Source: Tubiluchus corallicola (Eukaryota > Animalia > Priapulida). Taken from it: a stretch of DNA of 64,000 nucleotides. Below are positions 14,539-28,149 of the stretch, in pieces. The position numbers were made by a program, and so were the translations under genes. The notes beneath the pieces are model-generated. The model searched no databases. It worked only from the letters and a program-made list of their open reading frames with translations, and had not been told where the DNA came from. The DNA lies in NCBI GenBank assembly GCA_030141605.1, contig JAQGDQ010000431.1:135005-199004 (forward strand), read 5' to 3'. Positions within the stretch are counted from its first letter, which is position 1. Each line of letters begins with the position of its first letter.

Positions 14539-14915
14539 GTGAGTATACGATTCATGCAGTATGTAATCGTACAAACATGGTTCGGGTTAGAATAGCACAC
14601 TGTTTAGACCGGCCACAAAAAATTGTTTCTGTCTTACCTCATGAGCTCCAAAGATGTCAGTAGGGAGGAGGGAAATTATTTTCAAAAATTTTTTTTAAAG
14701 CTTTGTGAATGTTTACGTCTGAAACACAGAATATTTAAAATCAGTTGAAATCAAAGTTTGTTTATTTCTCACTGGTTAGCAGTAGTGTTTTAATTTTTTT
14801 ATCCACATTTTTTCACGCTTTTTTAGTTTTTTGTTTCGCATTACTAAATTATTGTATAATTATTGATTATCGCATAGCCTCTTTTTTGTATGGTTTGACT
14901 GTATGTTCTGATAAT

Positions 14916-15320
14916 TATAGAATTCAATTTAAAATTCTTTATATCACCTACAAAATACTACATGGCACCTGCATACCTTACTGATCTTTTAATACCCCGT
15001 AACATAGGCTGAACACTTTTTTCTTATGTTAATGAACAAATTAATTTACATCACCAATTCCTAATACAGTATTGTATGGTGAAAAAGCTTTTTCTGTCTG
15101 TGATCCACATCTTTGGAATAAGTTACCTGTTGCTGTACGTTCTACAAATTCATTAGACTGTTTTAAACAACATCTTAAAACACTTAAATTGTACTTTTTG
15201 TGGTGAATTATTTTTAAATTTTAATATCTTTTAAATTTTATGTTTCTTATGAATTTTAAATGTATTTTATTGTTCAGCTAGTTGAGATTTTAAATGTTGT
15301 AGTAGCTACGTAAATAAATT
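14916..15320 (+). mobile_element. L2/CR1-type LINE 3' remnant
   Basis: YRIQFKILYITYKILHG..PY, then YGEKAFSVCDPHLWNKLP..RSTNSLDCFKQHLKT. Confidence 0.8.
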
Positions 15321-15627
15321 TTACATTACATTCTGTGCAGGACAGTCTAATAGAGTTCCTGGTTGTTAAAACTTCATGCATGCTTGGTTGAGAAGATTGT
15401 GTCACTGTCCTTGATGCCAGGCCTTGTTATCATGCAACCTGTCTGCGGAATTAATACATTAACTAGTGGGGTATTCCATCCCTCAGGGATTCTGTGACCT
15501 TTATACTGTTGTAATATTTTCCCTGTTGTTTTGGACTTATTTAATATGCTGGATTTATTGCTTTATTCTGTGTTTTGTCATCATACTACAAATGAAAATT
15601 ATGACTTTTTACTCTTCTATACAATTT

Positions 15628-16250
15628 ATAACATTCTCGAGCGTGTTGTGTAAGCAGTACAACATTCTAGAGTATGTTGTGTGAGTAATGCAGCATTCTA
15701 GAGCATGTTGTGTAAGCAGTAAAACATTCTAGAGTGTGTTGTATGAGTAATGCAGCATTCTCGAGCGTGTTGTGTAAGCAGTACAACATTCTAGAGTGTG
15801 TTGTGTGAGTAGTACAACATTCTAGAGTGTGTTGTGTGAGTAATGCAACATTCTAGAGTGTGTTGTATGGGTAATGCAACATTCTAGAGTGTGTTGTGTA
15901 AGCAGTACAACATTCTAGAGTGTGTTGTGTGAGTAGTACAGCATTCTAGAGTGTGTTGTGTGAGTAATGCAACATTCTAGAGTGTGTTGTATGGGTAATG
16001 CAACATTCTAGAGTGTGTTGTGTAAGCAGTACAACATTCTAGAGTGTGTTGTGTAAGCAGTACAACATTCTAGAGTGTGTTGTGTAAGCAGTACAACATT
16101 CTAGAGTGTGTTGTGTGAGTAATGCAACATTCTAGAGTGTGTTGTATGGGTAATGCAACATTCTTGAGTGTGTTGTGTGAGTAGTACAACAGCCTAGAGT
16201 GTGCTGTGTAAGTAGTACAACATTCTAAAGTGTGTTGTGCAAGTACTGTG
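15628..16250. repeat. 31-bp minisatellite, about 20 copies
   Basis: Unit CAACATTCTAGAGTGTGTTGTGTRAGYARTR. Confidence 0.95.
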
Positions 16251-16840
16251 ACGTTCTTCATTGTGTGTAAGTGCTGCAGCACTCTATTGTGTCATTTGTG
16301 TTCTTTGTAGGTACTACAGCAGCATGTCAGTATCCAAGTAAACTGGTTACTGTATAAGTGACGGAAATTCCGATCTTGATAAGAAATTTCCTCTTGAACG
16401 TTATTCACAGAACCCTACAGGATAATGTGTAGCCTGGAGAAATCTAGGAACCTTCCCATGTCTTACTATACTATTGTGACTCAATGAAGAGAATTTCACA
16501 GTAGATCCTGTTTTTCTTCATCATTGTAGTATGACTGGTTTTTATGCATAAAATGCTTGTAACTGCGCTCTATGAATTTTATGATCTCTTGAGCAATTAC
16601 TGCAGTTTTTAACGTATTATGTCTTGAAGGGAATTTATATACCGTCTTGCTGTACTTTCCTTAATCTAAATTACCAAAATTGCAATAATGCATAACAACT
16701 CTCTTTTTTTGGTTTATGATCAGCCTGTGTAGAACGAAAACTGATCTCTCTCTCTCTTTTTCTGTCGTTCTCTCTCTCTTTCTCTCTCACTCACTCCCTT
16801 TCTCCCTTCTCTTTCTCTCCCTCACTCTGTTTCTTTCTCC

Positions 16841-16914
<74 letters not shown>

Positions 16915-17615
16915 ACTCATTTTCCCAATTTTACCCTGTGCTTTAATGATAGTAATTTTTCTTATTGGTTTCATCAAAAATGCAAAAGATTAAATGCCTT
17001 GAAACAGAAATAATCATCGTGATTTATTTAGCACTTTATTTATTTTTACTCATGTTCACTTGGAATTTTTGAAATTACCCATTTTTACTGACCTTTCCAA
17101 TTTTATGCTTTTAGACTTAAGCGTTGATATAACTCCAACAGACATTGATGTTTTTTTAACACTTTATTATGATTACATAAAGAATTCGTAGTTATTATAC
17201 AAAAGAAACTTGTAAATTAAATAACTTACCCTTTTCTCGTAAATTTTGAGCACGTGCATTGCCGTAAAGATCGCCATGTTTCACGTCTTTGGTGTGAGTG
17301 AGTGAGAATGATGTATGAGGTACAGAAAGTGTCTGTGGTTACCGATGTTTGTTTACTGATCTTTGGTGACCTCGTGACTGCACTCATAACGAAAAATGGC
17401 TGTTCTTCAAATTTAATACCGCTAACAACGAAGTGATAAAAAATCAGAAGAAACACGTTTTGCAGCAAGTTTATAATAATGTAAATGGAATATTAATAGC
17501 AAGAGTAGGATTTTAAGTTGTAAAGGTTTACATTTTAGTCAGTGTTTAATTTTCCTTTAATGGTTTATTTTTGTTTTCAAACCTAAATAGGCACCTGTTT
17601 TTTTTAATGTTTCAG

Positions 17616-17695
17616 AGTTTGGAAACATTGGATAATGGAAAGCCTTATCATGTGGCATTTTTGGGAGATGTTGCTCTCACAATCAAATGCTTAAG
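17616..17695 (+). CDS. ALDH2: ALDH2 exon 4 (80 nt)
   Basis: ttcag|[26 protein letters not shown](R)|gtataa, phase 2. Confidence 0.97.
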
Positions 17696-17812
17696 GTATA
17701 AGTTATTCTGTTGATACTATGAAGTACATCAAAAACTATGCTGTACATAGGTTTTTTGATATTGATAAAAATTAAGTTGCATATTAAATACTGTAATATA
17801 TCTGTATGTTAA

Positions 17813-18320
17813 AGGAAAGGTCAACCTTTCTGGGAAGTTAGGCTTATTTCATTGTTCTTACAAAAAAGAGTTAGCAATAAAAAGTGCGATAAGCACCTCG
17901 TAATTAGTAATTGGTAAAATCATTAAAGTCATAATCATTTCACACTTTTGAACTCCCATTTTTCCACCAATGATGTCATTCATTAACTGACGAAAAGCAG
18001 CGCTTTTAATTTCCGTCAAAAGTATGATAAGTTTTTACAAAAATTAGATTATTTTTGCGATATTTTTTATGTATACTTTAGATAAGCTGCGAAAGTTTGA
18101 ATTATTATAAGCAGCTCACGCTTCCGAAAACTCACAAAGTCCACCGGTCACTTCATAATTTTCAAGTGAATGGATGACCAGTGCACTTGAACATTTTTTT
18201 ATTGCGGTGATATAAATTAACTTCATGCTTCATAGACAGTTTTTTGCAAATTTCTTTGTTATATTTTATATGTATTAACAGTAAAAAAGGCCCATCATGC
18301 TAAGAGACTTGTCCTTTCCT
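17813..18320. mobile_element. Kolobok-like MITE family A
   Basis: TTAA-AGGAAAGGTCAA...TTGTCCTTTCCT-TTAA; related copies at 46724-47257, ~55084-55548, and partial copies at ~31843-32210 and ~63310-63451. Confidence 0.85.
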
Positions 18321-18889
18321 TTAATGCGTCCACAGACCAGGTAAAAAATCTATTTCACAGGTATTTCACAGTATTTATAAAGCTGTTCATCACATTTATA
18401 CTTTGTAGAAATAATTTAGTAACCATTTTTATAACATTGAGAAAATCCTAACTATAAAGTGCATGTTATTTTTAGACACGTGCTGATTGTACCGTGTTTT
18501 TTCTGTGTTGATCCAGTAGATGTATTCAGTTAATCTCTTACTGACGAAGATCTGGTGTAGAAAGCTTTTATAGCAAACAGCATGAAAGGGAGTATTGACT
18601 TTGTAGAACTTGAAGAATATTAGACTGCTATAAGCTGGTTCACATATTTCAATAGACATGCTCAAGAAGACAGCAAGAGAAAAAAAATAGCCAAGTCACA
18701 TTTACCCAACTGAGCTTATCTGATTGGCTAATAAAACACACTAGCAATCAACACTACCATATATGGGAAGCTCGGCAGGTACAGGTGGCTGAGCAGCACA
18801 GAACAAGGCCACAACCTGGATTAAACTTGACTTAAATAATATTAATGTTAACTGTAGATGGCAGCACATGTTATTATTATGATACTTTA

Positions 18890-19245
18890 AAAATCGCAAA
18901 TGAAATGTAGAACATCTGGGCTTGGCAACAGGAAAAACCTGAAGCGAAATTATTGCTTCCAAGAGCCACTGTCGGAGTTTGAAATAACAAGTTTTTCATA
19001 ATTGTAGTACTAGTTTCTAGTCAGAAAAGTGAGTACCGGGTCGTAAAATTAGATTTTTAGTATTTTTTTGAACATTTTCTTGATAATTTGATGCTAGAAT
19101 ATAAAAGCCCAATATATTTAGCATTTGTTTTTATAAAAAACAAGAAATTGACAGTTAACCAAATTTTTGGTGCATTCTACTTTGAAGCATCATAACGCAG
19201 TTTTAACTCTACTGACTCATGCGCAGTTTTGGTTTGCAAGCACAA
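18890..19245 (-). mobile_element. partial inverted family F MITE
   Basis: Reverse complement of the left half of 40518-41094, ending GGTTTGCAAGCAC. Confidence 0.7.
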
Positions 19246-19292
19246 GTATCCAATTTTGTTACTAGCTTATAAATATTTATATTGATTCACAG

Positions 19293-19342
19293 ATATTATG
19301 CTGGCTGGGCTGACAAGAATCATGGGCAAGTTATTCCTATGG
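19293..19342 (+). CDS. ALDH2: ALDH2 exon 5 (50 nt)
   Basis: cacag|YYAGWADKNHGQVIPM(D)|gtgagt, phase 1. Confidence 0.96.
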
Positions 19343-21060
19343 GTGAGTTCTTTTTTCGCTTCATCTGATAAATATGATTTTGCATTAGCAAATCTATAGA
19401 CATGTAAATGTTTTCATTAAAAAATACACCTGAATCAAATCCTGTTATCATTACTTGTTCTTGCCTGGTTTTTAATATCTAGTTAATTTTTTCTTGTTCC
19501 CAAGCAAGATCCTGCTAGTAAATCACTCTACGCATAGACTAATGCATAATTAAGTAAAGTCAATGTAAAACAACTGAAGTTACTGAACTGATGGTTTGCT
19601 TTACCCACATGTCATGTGACAATTTTAGTTAAGACACGATGCCGTGGTACACTTAACCATTGACCTGCAGCAACTGCACGTGCGCACAATGAAATTATGA
19701 AAGGGCTTATTAGATTCGATTTAAATTCGCTTTCTTGCTCATCCCTAGTGCCAACAAATATAAAGCCCCCCAGTTTATAACACTGTAGTTTGCAATCCTG
19801 TGAATTCTGCAAGACTAGAAAAATGAGGAAAAAACCGCAAAGATTCAGTTTATTTGCACTAAAACGCTGCCTTTTAGCAGGTGTCTAATGCATATATTTT
19901 GCTCTCAGTATCTCAATTAACTGAATTACTGTTCAGTTGCCGATTACATTGATTTATATACGGTTGTGATTGGGATTAATTTGGTTAATCGATTAATCGC
20001 CCATCACTAGTTGGTTAGTTGGTCGTTTCGTATGGGTAACCAGGTCCAAGGAGAGGGTGGTGCAGACAGGACATTGCTCCGACGCCCATGAAGTCCCGTG
20101 GCAAAATTATTTTTTGTAAATCGGCATGACCAGTATTCGTGTCGATTCGAATCAGATGCCCTGCTCTGGCTACGCAACGATAAAGTTAGAAACCCTAAAT
20201 TTTCCATAGTTGGACAATATTTGTATCGGATTCTCACCTACATTTGACATTACTTCATATGTTAAACAATGGAGACCTAGTACTGTGAAACACATGAAAC
20301 TTTAACATATGCAGCTTTAACCTGGTCTATGTATTTTAGGTCTAACAATTTGAGCAAGTCCTGTCACAGGAAAATTTTCAATTTCCTAAACTTAATGTCA
20401 GTTCTGTGCATTGTCCAGTCAAAGCTAGCCTGTACGTTTTTCTATAAGTTGGTCAGTTTGAGGTAGCAGAATATGAACTGGGACATATTATGGTTCACTG
20501 TGAATAAACATATTTCAGTTATTAACAAAATAAAGATTGCTGAACATTACTGTGTATTATAGTCTTCATGCCTTTGTACACATGACGGAAACATGAAAAT
20601 AATTTGTTTCATAGCATATAGTGTACTCAGAAATCTTTATTTCTGTATATAAGAAAATGAAAATGATAAATTCGGCTGCTTTCGCTGCTTGCAAATATGT
20701 AATTGTCTAATAATTAGATTAGAATTATTATGACAAAACAAAATAAATATTACTCACATTGTGCGGCTATAACAACTTAATAACATTCTTGAAACGTCAT
20801 ACTCGTTTACAGCAAATCAGGTAGGTGACAGTATAAATAATTACTTGAAAATTATCTAAACGTTTACTGAGGCTTCTGTAAGCGTGTTTAGTGACGATTT
20901 TACAACTTTATAAGTAAATTCACATACGTGCTGCCACCTACATGTTAAGGCCAGAAACAGATCTTGGCAGAGGGATCCAAAATTTGTCTTACTCTATCAC
21001 GTAAATATTCTCTTTGTAGCTCTGGAGGACAACTGTTTCTACACTTTCTTTTATCTCTAG

Positions 21061-21251
21061 ATGGTGATCACATGTGTTTCACGAGACACGAACCAGTCGG
21101 AGTTTGCGGACAGATTATCCCGTGGAATTTTCCTCTTCTCATGCAAGCGTGGAAGCTGGGACCTGCGCTCGCTGCTGGCAACACTGTGGTCATGAAGCCA
21201 GCCGAACAGACCCCGTTGACCGCTCTCTATGTTGCTCAACTTTCTGCAGAG
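21061..21251 (+). CDS. ALDH2: ALDH2 exon 6 (191 nt)
   Basis: ctag|[63 protein letters not shown]|gt; PWNFP and KPAEQTP motifs. Confidence 0.98.
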
Positions 21252-21815
21252 GTTTGTTGACAGTTCTGTTATAGGGTTATTGATTTCCTATGTCAACAAG
21301 CAAATTTCCCTGTTCCTTTAGATTTAGATTTATAATATACAATGCCAGTGTGTAGAACTTCCTTGTTGGAACTGTTTTACGTTTAAATACAAAATAACAA
21401 TTAATTACTTTATTTAAAATTCTTTGTTTTGCTTTTAAACATAAAATTAAAATGTAATCAATCAGTGTGTTACAAATTGTTTGGTATGTGTCACAGCGCC
21501 TTTTTTATGTGCTTGCTCCCTCCTAAGTTTAGAATCTCACTACGCTCCTACTTCTGACATATTTTGTGAACGACGAAATAAGCCTGACTTCCGAGAAAGC
21601 TTGACTTTTCCTTTAATTACCGATTACAGTGCAATTTTAATGATTCAAAACATTTGAATAATCATTGTTCTTTATTATGTTAGTTTGTAACTTTGCCCGC
21701 CTTTTATGTAACTTTTGCTGGAAAGTGCAATTGTCACATTGTTTATTCTTACTGCCAGCTATATAATCCGTCTCTGCATTAGAACTATCACAAATATCAA
21801 TGTTGCTTATTTCAG

Positions 21816-21926
21816 GCAGGTTTTCCGCCTGGCGTTTTAAATATTCTTCCAGGACACGGTGCGGCAGGTGCGGCCATTGCTAATCATCCAGATGTAGACA
21901 AGGTAGCGTTTACTGGATCTACGGAG
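21816..21926 (+). CDS. ALDH2: ALDH2 exon 7 (111 nt)
   Basis: ttcag|[37 protein letters not shown]|gtaggt; NAD-binding FTGST motif. Confidence 0.97.
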
Positions 21927-23307
21927 GTAGGTTGCCAACGCTGAGTGAAGTAAATATGTGGTTTATATAGTCAGTATGTTAACTTTGAGTGGGGAAATAG
22001 TTGTACATTGTGCACTGCTCGCATTATGTGTGTAATTGTCCGTGCAATGACTTTTGTAGTTGTCATGTACGTGTTACAGGCAATGTGTAAAATTTAGAGA
22101 TTTTATAAAATTGCTAGGTGTGTCGTTTAGCATGCATGCATTTTGGAAAAGTGTGAAATAATTCTTTTAAATGTTTTTGCTGCGATTTCTTCACACTTTA
22201 GCTGGGTGTTTTGTATAATACATGCGACTACAAGTAGTGTGGTTGCACACTTGCCCTGTTTTTTTAACTCGCCCCTAGATGGCAGACACAAAATTGTTCA
22301 GTCACTATAGCAATGTCAACTTTAGCAATGCCCATTGCAGCAGTGTGATGTTAGAAGCAACAGCAGGACAATGAACATAGCAGCTGCATGTCCCAAACAC
22401 CATGGCAACCTATTGTTGAAGCTAAGCTGTAGCTGTGCGTGAAATTTTATACAATTTTTTTACAAATATCATTAATACAGAAAAAGTTTGTCCTGCATTT
22501 GCATAAATAACATATTCCGGTTGTATATTTCATTAGTTATTTGAAGATGCCGGTTGTTTTTGTTTAAGTAGGCAAATAATTTAACTTCTTGAGAAAAATC
22601 CATCAGTACCCCATGATAAACGCTTCATTTACTGAAAAAAACAACATAAAACATTTGTAAATATACTGAAAATACACAAAACCCAATTATGATCTTGATT
22701 CATAAATGTGATCATTTTAAAGCTTAAGAACCCCTCTTAATAGATCCGTGGTTGTTTTTACCTGCAAATACTCATTGTGACGAAATTAGCGAATATTGGG
22801 TAAAAACTGAAATTTCTCAATGGTCAGCAAGTTAATCAGACACAACAATGCATCTTGTAATTGTATTATTTGCAAAACTAACACATCTGAAATGAGAGGT
22901 ACAGCACCTGTTTTTTTGCAACGCCTTTCCCAAATGCCCATCTAAGTAGCGAAATGCATGTAACAGCGAAGAACTAGTGGTGTGTGTGTTTGTGTGGTAA
23001 TAATTCTTTCACGTAAGTAATTCTTGAAAAAATAGTATGTTTCAATATTTTAAAGAGTAGATTGTTTTGACCTACAGTTTAAGATTGGGTCCGGTTTTGC
23101 TTTAAACATTGTAAAATGTTGCTTATTTCGTTGCGTTGTTGAAAACATTTTGACTAATCTGCTTTTGTTCGCAATTTATTTTAAAAAAATTTTCTCGCAA
23201 GTTTTACGATTCATTATTTTCATGTGTTATTCACAATTTTCAGGCACATCTTATTCTGCGACTTGTTACATTTGTGAATTCTCTAATTTTGTTTTTAACT
23301 TTCACAG

Positions 23308-23410
23308 ACTGGCCATTCAATCTTAGCTGCTGCAGCTGCTACCAATCTAAAACGTGTCACACTGGAACTTGGTGGAAAAAGCCCCAATGTTGTATTTGCT
23401 GATGCTGACA
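23308..23410 (+). CDS. ALDH2: ALDH2 exon 8 (103 nt)
   Basis: cacag|[34 protein letters not shown]|gtaagt; catalytic Glu motif LELGGKSP. Confidence 0.98.
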
Positions 23411-23440
23411 GTAAGTGGCGGTTGACAAAATGACATTTAA

Positions 23441-23986
23441 AGGAAAACCGAACGATTGTGTAGACATTAGTTCAAAATAAAGTATGCCCTAAAATATTGG
23501 AAACTACAATGGCTTTTTTTAAATCATAACTTAGGTTAAATAATAACCACCTCGGATAGTTAAATTTGGTAAACTTTCAAAGCTACGCTCGGCTCAGCGA
23601 ATCCACTAAGACTGGCAATGGCATCTTTTTGCCTGACCAAAAAATAGTTGCGATACCGCAATAAGCACGATCATGAACTGCGGTGTTTGTCTGTGCGGTC
23701 AGAGTGACGTGGAGCTCATTTTCGCTACATAACATCAGCGTCTTATAGCAATCTTCGCTTAAGCACACATGGTCGATGCACAGGAAAGATGCCTACCATT
23801 GCTTAAACTGTGGTTAGTTTGTGATGTAAGCCATAGCTGTATTCAGTTGCCGTTAATTAACTTTACAAGATTAAAATTCACTTTTCAAATATTAGAAACA
23901 ATTGCTAGCTTTTATAGGTAAGTAAATGTAAATTTTGGTCAGTAAGTTAAAATGAGATTGAGTCTAATCAATCGTCCAGTTTTCCT
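23441..23986. mobile_element. Kolobok-like MITE family B
   Basis: TTAA TSD; 18-bp TIR AGGAAAACCGAACGATTG / CAATCGTCCAGTTTTCCT; only 30 bp from the exon 8 donor. Confidence 0.88.
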
Positions 23987-24136
23987 TTAACTGTTTTTTG
24001 CTTTGTTATCCTGTCTGTGAGTGCAGCATTGCTACACCTTTTTGATTAAAATTGTACAAGGATACTCTCTGTAAGCATTTCCCGGGATGTGTTTGTGTCA
24101 GGCAAAATAAATAGACCAGTGTCAAGTTATGTGCAC

Positions 24137-24190
24137 AAGTTAAGCAATGCTCCACCTTATTAGTAATTGGATGGGTGACCACTGGAAAAA
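24137..24190 (+). pseudogene. 5S rRNA-derived fragment (SINE3-like head or 5S pseudogene)
   Basis: AAGTTAAGCA...TTAGTAATTGGATGGGTGACCACTGG matches the 5S box A to box C internal control region. Confidence 0.6.
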
Positions 24191-25714
24191 CTGCTTCTGG
24201 GCAGTTATGTTTCTCTTACATCCACTTAGTATCTACTTTACCGAGGGAGGAGGGATGGTTGAATGATTGGATGTGGATAAGATATTTGTTAGTTCATTGT
24301 CTTGTTTCAGGTTATAAATGCTGTTGTTACCACAACTATGTCCATTAGGCAAACTCTGTCATTTAGTGCTGGATTGCTGCATACAACGACATTAGCAAAC
24401 CAGAATCATCCACAAGTCGGCTAGTTAAAACAACGTTAATTTAATTTAAACATAATTTTATTACGCGGTTCTACAACCTATGCGCGGCACTCCCCGCTTA
24501 GTAAATTTAACAACTGTTAGTGGTAATACATAAATCTATATTTACAAAGTTATTATAATTACTTGGTGTGCGTAAATGCAAAAAAAACAAATGATAAATA
24601 GTTAAATATTCAGCCTGCGCACTAAGCTGGTTTATCGGTAAACAGTAAACATGCATCTTTGCAATAGGATAGGATAGAGTACAAATCAGTGAATCAATTC
24701 CAGTAACCATCATTTTAAACACCTCGATTCGGTTATAAACAATTGTACACAATCAAATATTTTACAATTACCTACGTAACTTTAATTTTCATCTCAGCGG
24801 AGTAACAAATTTATAGCATTTCTCGCTGCCAAATTTCTAATGTAATTGTTGTCATATAAAGCATCAAGGTTGTTAAACATTTTGTTTCTTGGTATTGTGC
24901 AAGTTTGAGCAATTTAGAAAAAAGTGTTCATGTTTCAAGAGAGGCGCTACAAGGACAGTAAGGTGATACTAGAGAACCATCATTATTTTTACAATTTTTA
25001 AGTGACAGTTCATAATTTAGCTGACTAAATCCTATGCGCGTGCGAAATAGTTTTACCGTAAGAATTTACCGTTTGGATTTATGAAAACTACGTTATGATG
25101 CTTCAAAGCAAAATGCAGCAAAAATTGGGTGAAATGTTAATTTTTATTCTCTATAAATAAATTGCTCAAAAATACTAAAAATTTAGTTTTACATATAACC
25201 CCATACCCACTTCTCTGCTTTAAAACTAATACTGCAAATTCAAAATCTTGTATTTTCAATCTCCGATAGTAACTCCTGGAAGCAGTGATTTTGCTTTGGG
25301 TTTTTTCTACTTTCAAGCCCAGATTTTCATCAGAAAGAGTCACCTACTGCATTTAAACACAACTTCAACGTGTTCTTGCAAAGTCCATAGCAACCAACAT
25401 TTGTGCAGTTGCTAACCATTTTGTGGAAATGCAAGAAAAAACAATGGCTAACTTTGACAGTGATTTTCTCAAGATTATATTTTCCAGTGTGCAGCAATCA
25501 CCTCAAGTTTAACGTGGATTGTTTGAGTTTAGACATAGCATAGAGCGATGAGCTTGGTATCAAAACAGTGCTCACGAAATGGAGATTTAGGATATATGAA
25601 ATATCTAGAAATGCTTGATTGCCAACTTTGGACGATGGACGATTTTGCTAGGTGGAAGCACTCCTGTAATTCCACGATTGCCATCCGTTCTGAAATTTCT
25701 TTGTTTCTTTTCAG

Positions 25715-25899
25715 TGGAAGAGGCTGTCGAGAGCAGTCACTTTGGCGTGTTCTTCAACATGGGTCAAACGTGCTGCGCCGGCACACGCATCTACGTGGAG
25801 GGTAAGGCGTACGACGAGTTTGTGGAGAGAAGCGTGGAGCGTGCAAAGCGTAGAACCGTCGGCAATCCATTCGATGCCAGCAATGAACAAGGTGCACAG
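25715..25899 (+). CDS. ALDH2: ALDH2 exon 9 (185 nt)
   Basis: ttcag|EEAVESSHFGVFFNMGQTCCAGTRIYVEGKAYDEFVERSVERAKRRTVGNPFDASNEQGAQ|gt; catalytic Cys motif. Confidence 0.98.
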
Positions 25900-26409
25900 G
25901 TATAATGTTCAGCAAAATGTTTGAGGCTTCGTATAATCTTATGTCTTACCTGTTTCTTTCAGATAATTTGTTCTTTTTTGCTGTCACGTTTATTACGGAT
26001 TCCTGTTTTTTTCAACAAGAGGGATGTATATATATATATATATATATATCCAACTAGAGCTAAACATCTTTACTAACTAAAAAGTGTAAATGATGAACTA
26101 AAAATGGTTCAGCCAATGCAAAAATTTACATATAATATAGCGTCTTTCGATAAACACAATACTTTTTAATATTCTACATTTATTACAGCCACCGCACTAC
26201 AACCCCGGCACAGATTATGCATAAAAGACATCTAGAGCCGACATAAGCATCACACAACCTTCTGTCTTTCTGTGTACAACTTCCACTAACTCACCCTTCT
26301 CTGTGTGATCTAACCTTTCTTCCTATCCTTTTTTTGGTTCAGATATCAGTGGGCTTATATGTCGCACATTTCAATTGCGATTCTTAATTTAAAGTACAGC
26401 AATAATAAT

Positions 26410-27050
26410 TTGATATGTGCTGCCACCTACCTTTAAAATCATTTATTATTGAACTGAATCAAGTTTGATCCAGCTTGTGGCCTTGGTCAGTGCTGCTCAG
26501 TCACCTGTACCTGTCGGGCTGCCCATACATGATAGTGAAGATTACTAGTGTGTTTTACTAGCCAATCAGGTAAGCCCAGTATACACATGTGACTTGGGTA
26601 GCTCTGCCAAAGCCTGCTGGGCTTTTTTCTTCTTGAGCATTGCTGGTCATTGGTCACCACTGTTCATTGTGTCTTCTTTCCTGTAAAAAATAGTGCAATA
26701 TGTAAATAGAAATAAAGTCTCTCACAGCTCAACACAATTTCATATTCTTTATTTTAACCTCTAGAGTGAACACGTCTACACTAACTTCAGTCTCTCACAG
26801 CTCAACACAATTTCATATTCTTTGTTTCAACAACCAGAGTAAACCAGTCTACACTAACTTCAGTCTCTCACAGCTCAACACAATTTCATATTCTTTGTTT
26901 CAAGCACCAGAGTGAACAAGTCTACAACAGTCTACACTAACTTCAGTCTAATATACTTCAAGCTCTCTACAAATTCAATCCTTCTAACCTTTCAGCTAAA
27001 AGTTTCTACAAATGGTCCCGTCTATGCAGTCTGTTATAATGTTTTCTACA
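26410..27050 (+). repeat. dispersed repeat family G containing a 73-bp unit x3 (26716-26950)
   Basis: Inverted homology to 18530-18870; AGTCTCTCACAGCTCAACAC recurs at 26716, 26789 and 26862. Confidence 0.75.
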
Positions 27051-27185
27051 ATATAAGCCTTTGCCTCTCTCTCCCACTGTAGTACAATTATACTTTTATG
27101 GTAACGATAGTATGAGACGTGATGTACAGTATGATGTAACAATATTGACAGTTTGTTGCCTTGTATATTGAATGTTACTGGTATG

Positions 27186-27722
27186 CACTCATATCTCGGT
27201 TTGTCGGACTTTGCTTTTACGGATATCGGAAGAATCGAAGAAAATCTGGACCGTTAAAAGTCCACCTTGTCTACAGACACAGTCCGTTGTTTCATGAGCT
27301 GACCGCTAGCTGGCGGGCTGTCATCTTGTTTACATCATTACATCAGTGCAACCAAGAAGCGTGTAGCGACACGTGTGTAGCTTGTATTTCAGCGTGTTTA
27401 GAGGTTTATTCAGTGTGTGTAAGTGGTTTAGAGTCAATTATGTGGAGTTATTTGATTCAAGTGCTGAAAGTTTTTGCATAGGAGCGGCCCGTACTAGATG
27501 TTTTTGTGACAATTAGGCGATTAATTCTGCATTACCATGAGTGTAATATTTCAGGAGCGGTCCGTACTAGGCGTTTTTGAGACAATTAGGCGATTGATTT
27601 TACATTGCCGTGAGTCTAATACATGGCGCCTACTGTATTAGTTTAGTATGGGTAAATACGGACAATCGGCAAATTCGGACTGACGTCTCCCCACTTTTGT
27701 CCGGCAAACCGAGATATGAGTG
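27186..27722. mobile_element. CAC-terminated (CMC/CACTA-like) MITE family H
   Basis: 24-bp TIR CACTCATATCTCGGTTTG(T/C)CGGAC, possible 2-bp TSD TG; second copy at ~62006-62404. Confidence 0.8.
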
Positions 27723-27984
27723 TGATGTGTTTTCTGATGAATCAGTGGTGCACACTGGGATGGCGATACAGTGCCATTTTACCAGATGGCGCATATATTT
27801 TAAATTATTAACAATTTTCTTTTCTAGTTATATGACTGTTTCGAACAGGTAAGTGCAATGCTAAGTAATATAACTTTACGTGGAAAGTTCTTTGGGATGA
27901 TATTGTATAATTCTTTTCTTCCATTTTAACGTTCTAAAAATAAGGTATGTTTAAAGGTTCGGATTCATTTTGTTTTATTGTTAG

Positions 27985-28149
27985 ATTGATGAAGAACAGA
28001 TGAACAAAATTTTAAACTACATCAGTATCGGGAAGAAGGAAGGAGCAAAGCTTGCATGCGGCGGCAGTCGCCATGGTGACAGAGGCTGCTTCATTCAGCC
28101 AACAGTCTTTGCTGATGTCAATGACCAGATGGCAATAGCTCGTGATGAG
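27985..28149 (+). CDS. ALDH2: ALDH2 exon 10 (165 nt)
   Basis: ttag|[55 protein letters not shown]|gtaact. Confidence 0.97.

Noticed and set aside
15628-16250. 31-bp repeat as CRISPR or coding repeat
   Set aside because: No spacers; intronic minisatellite
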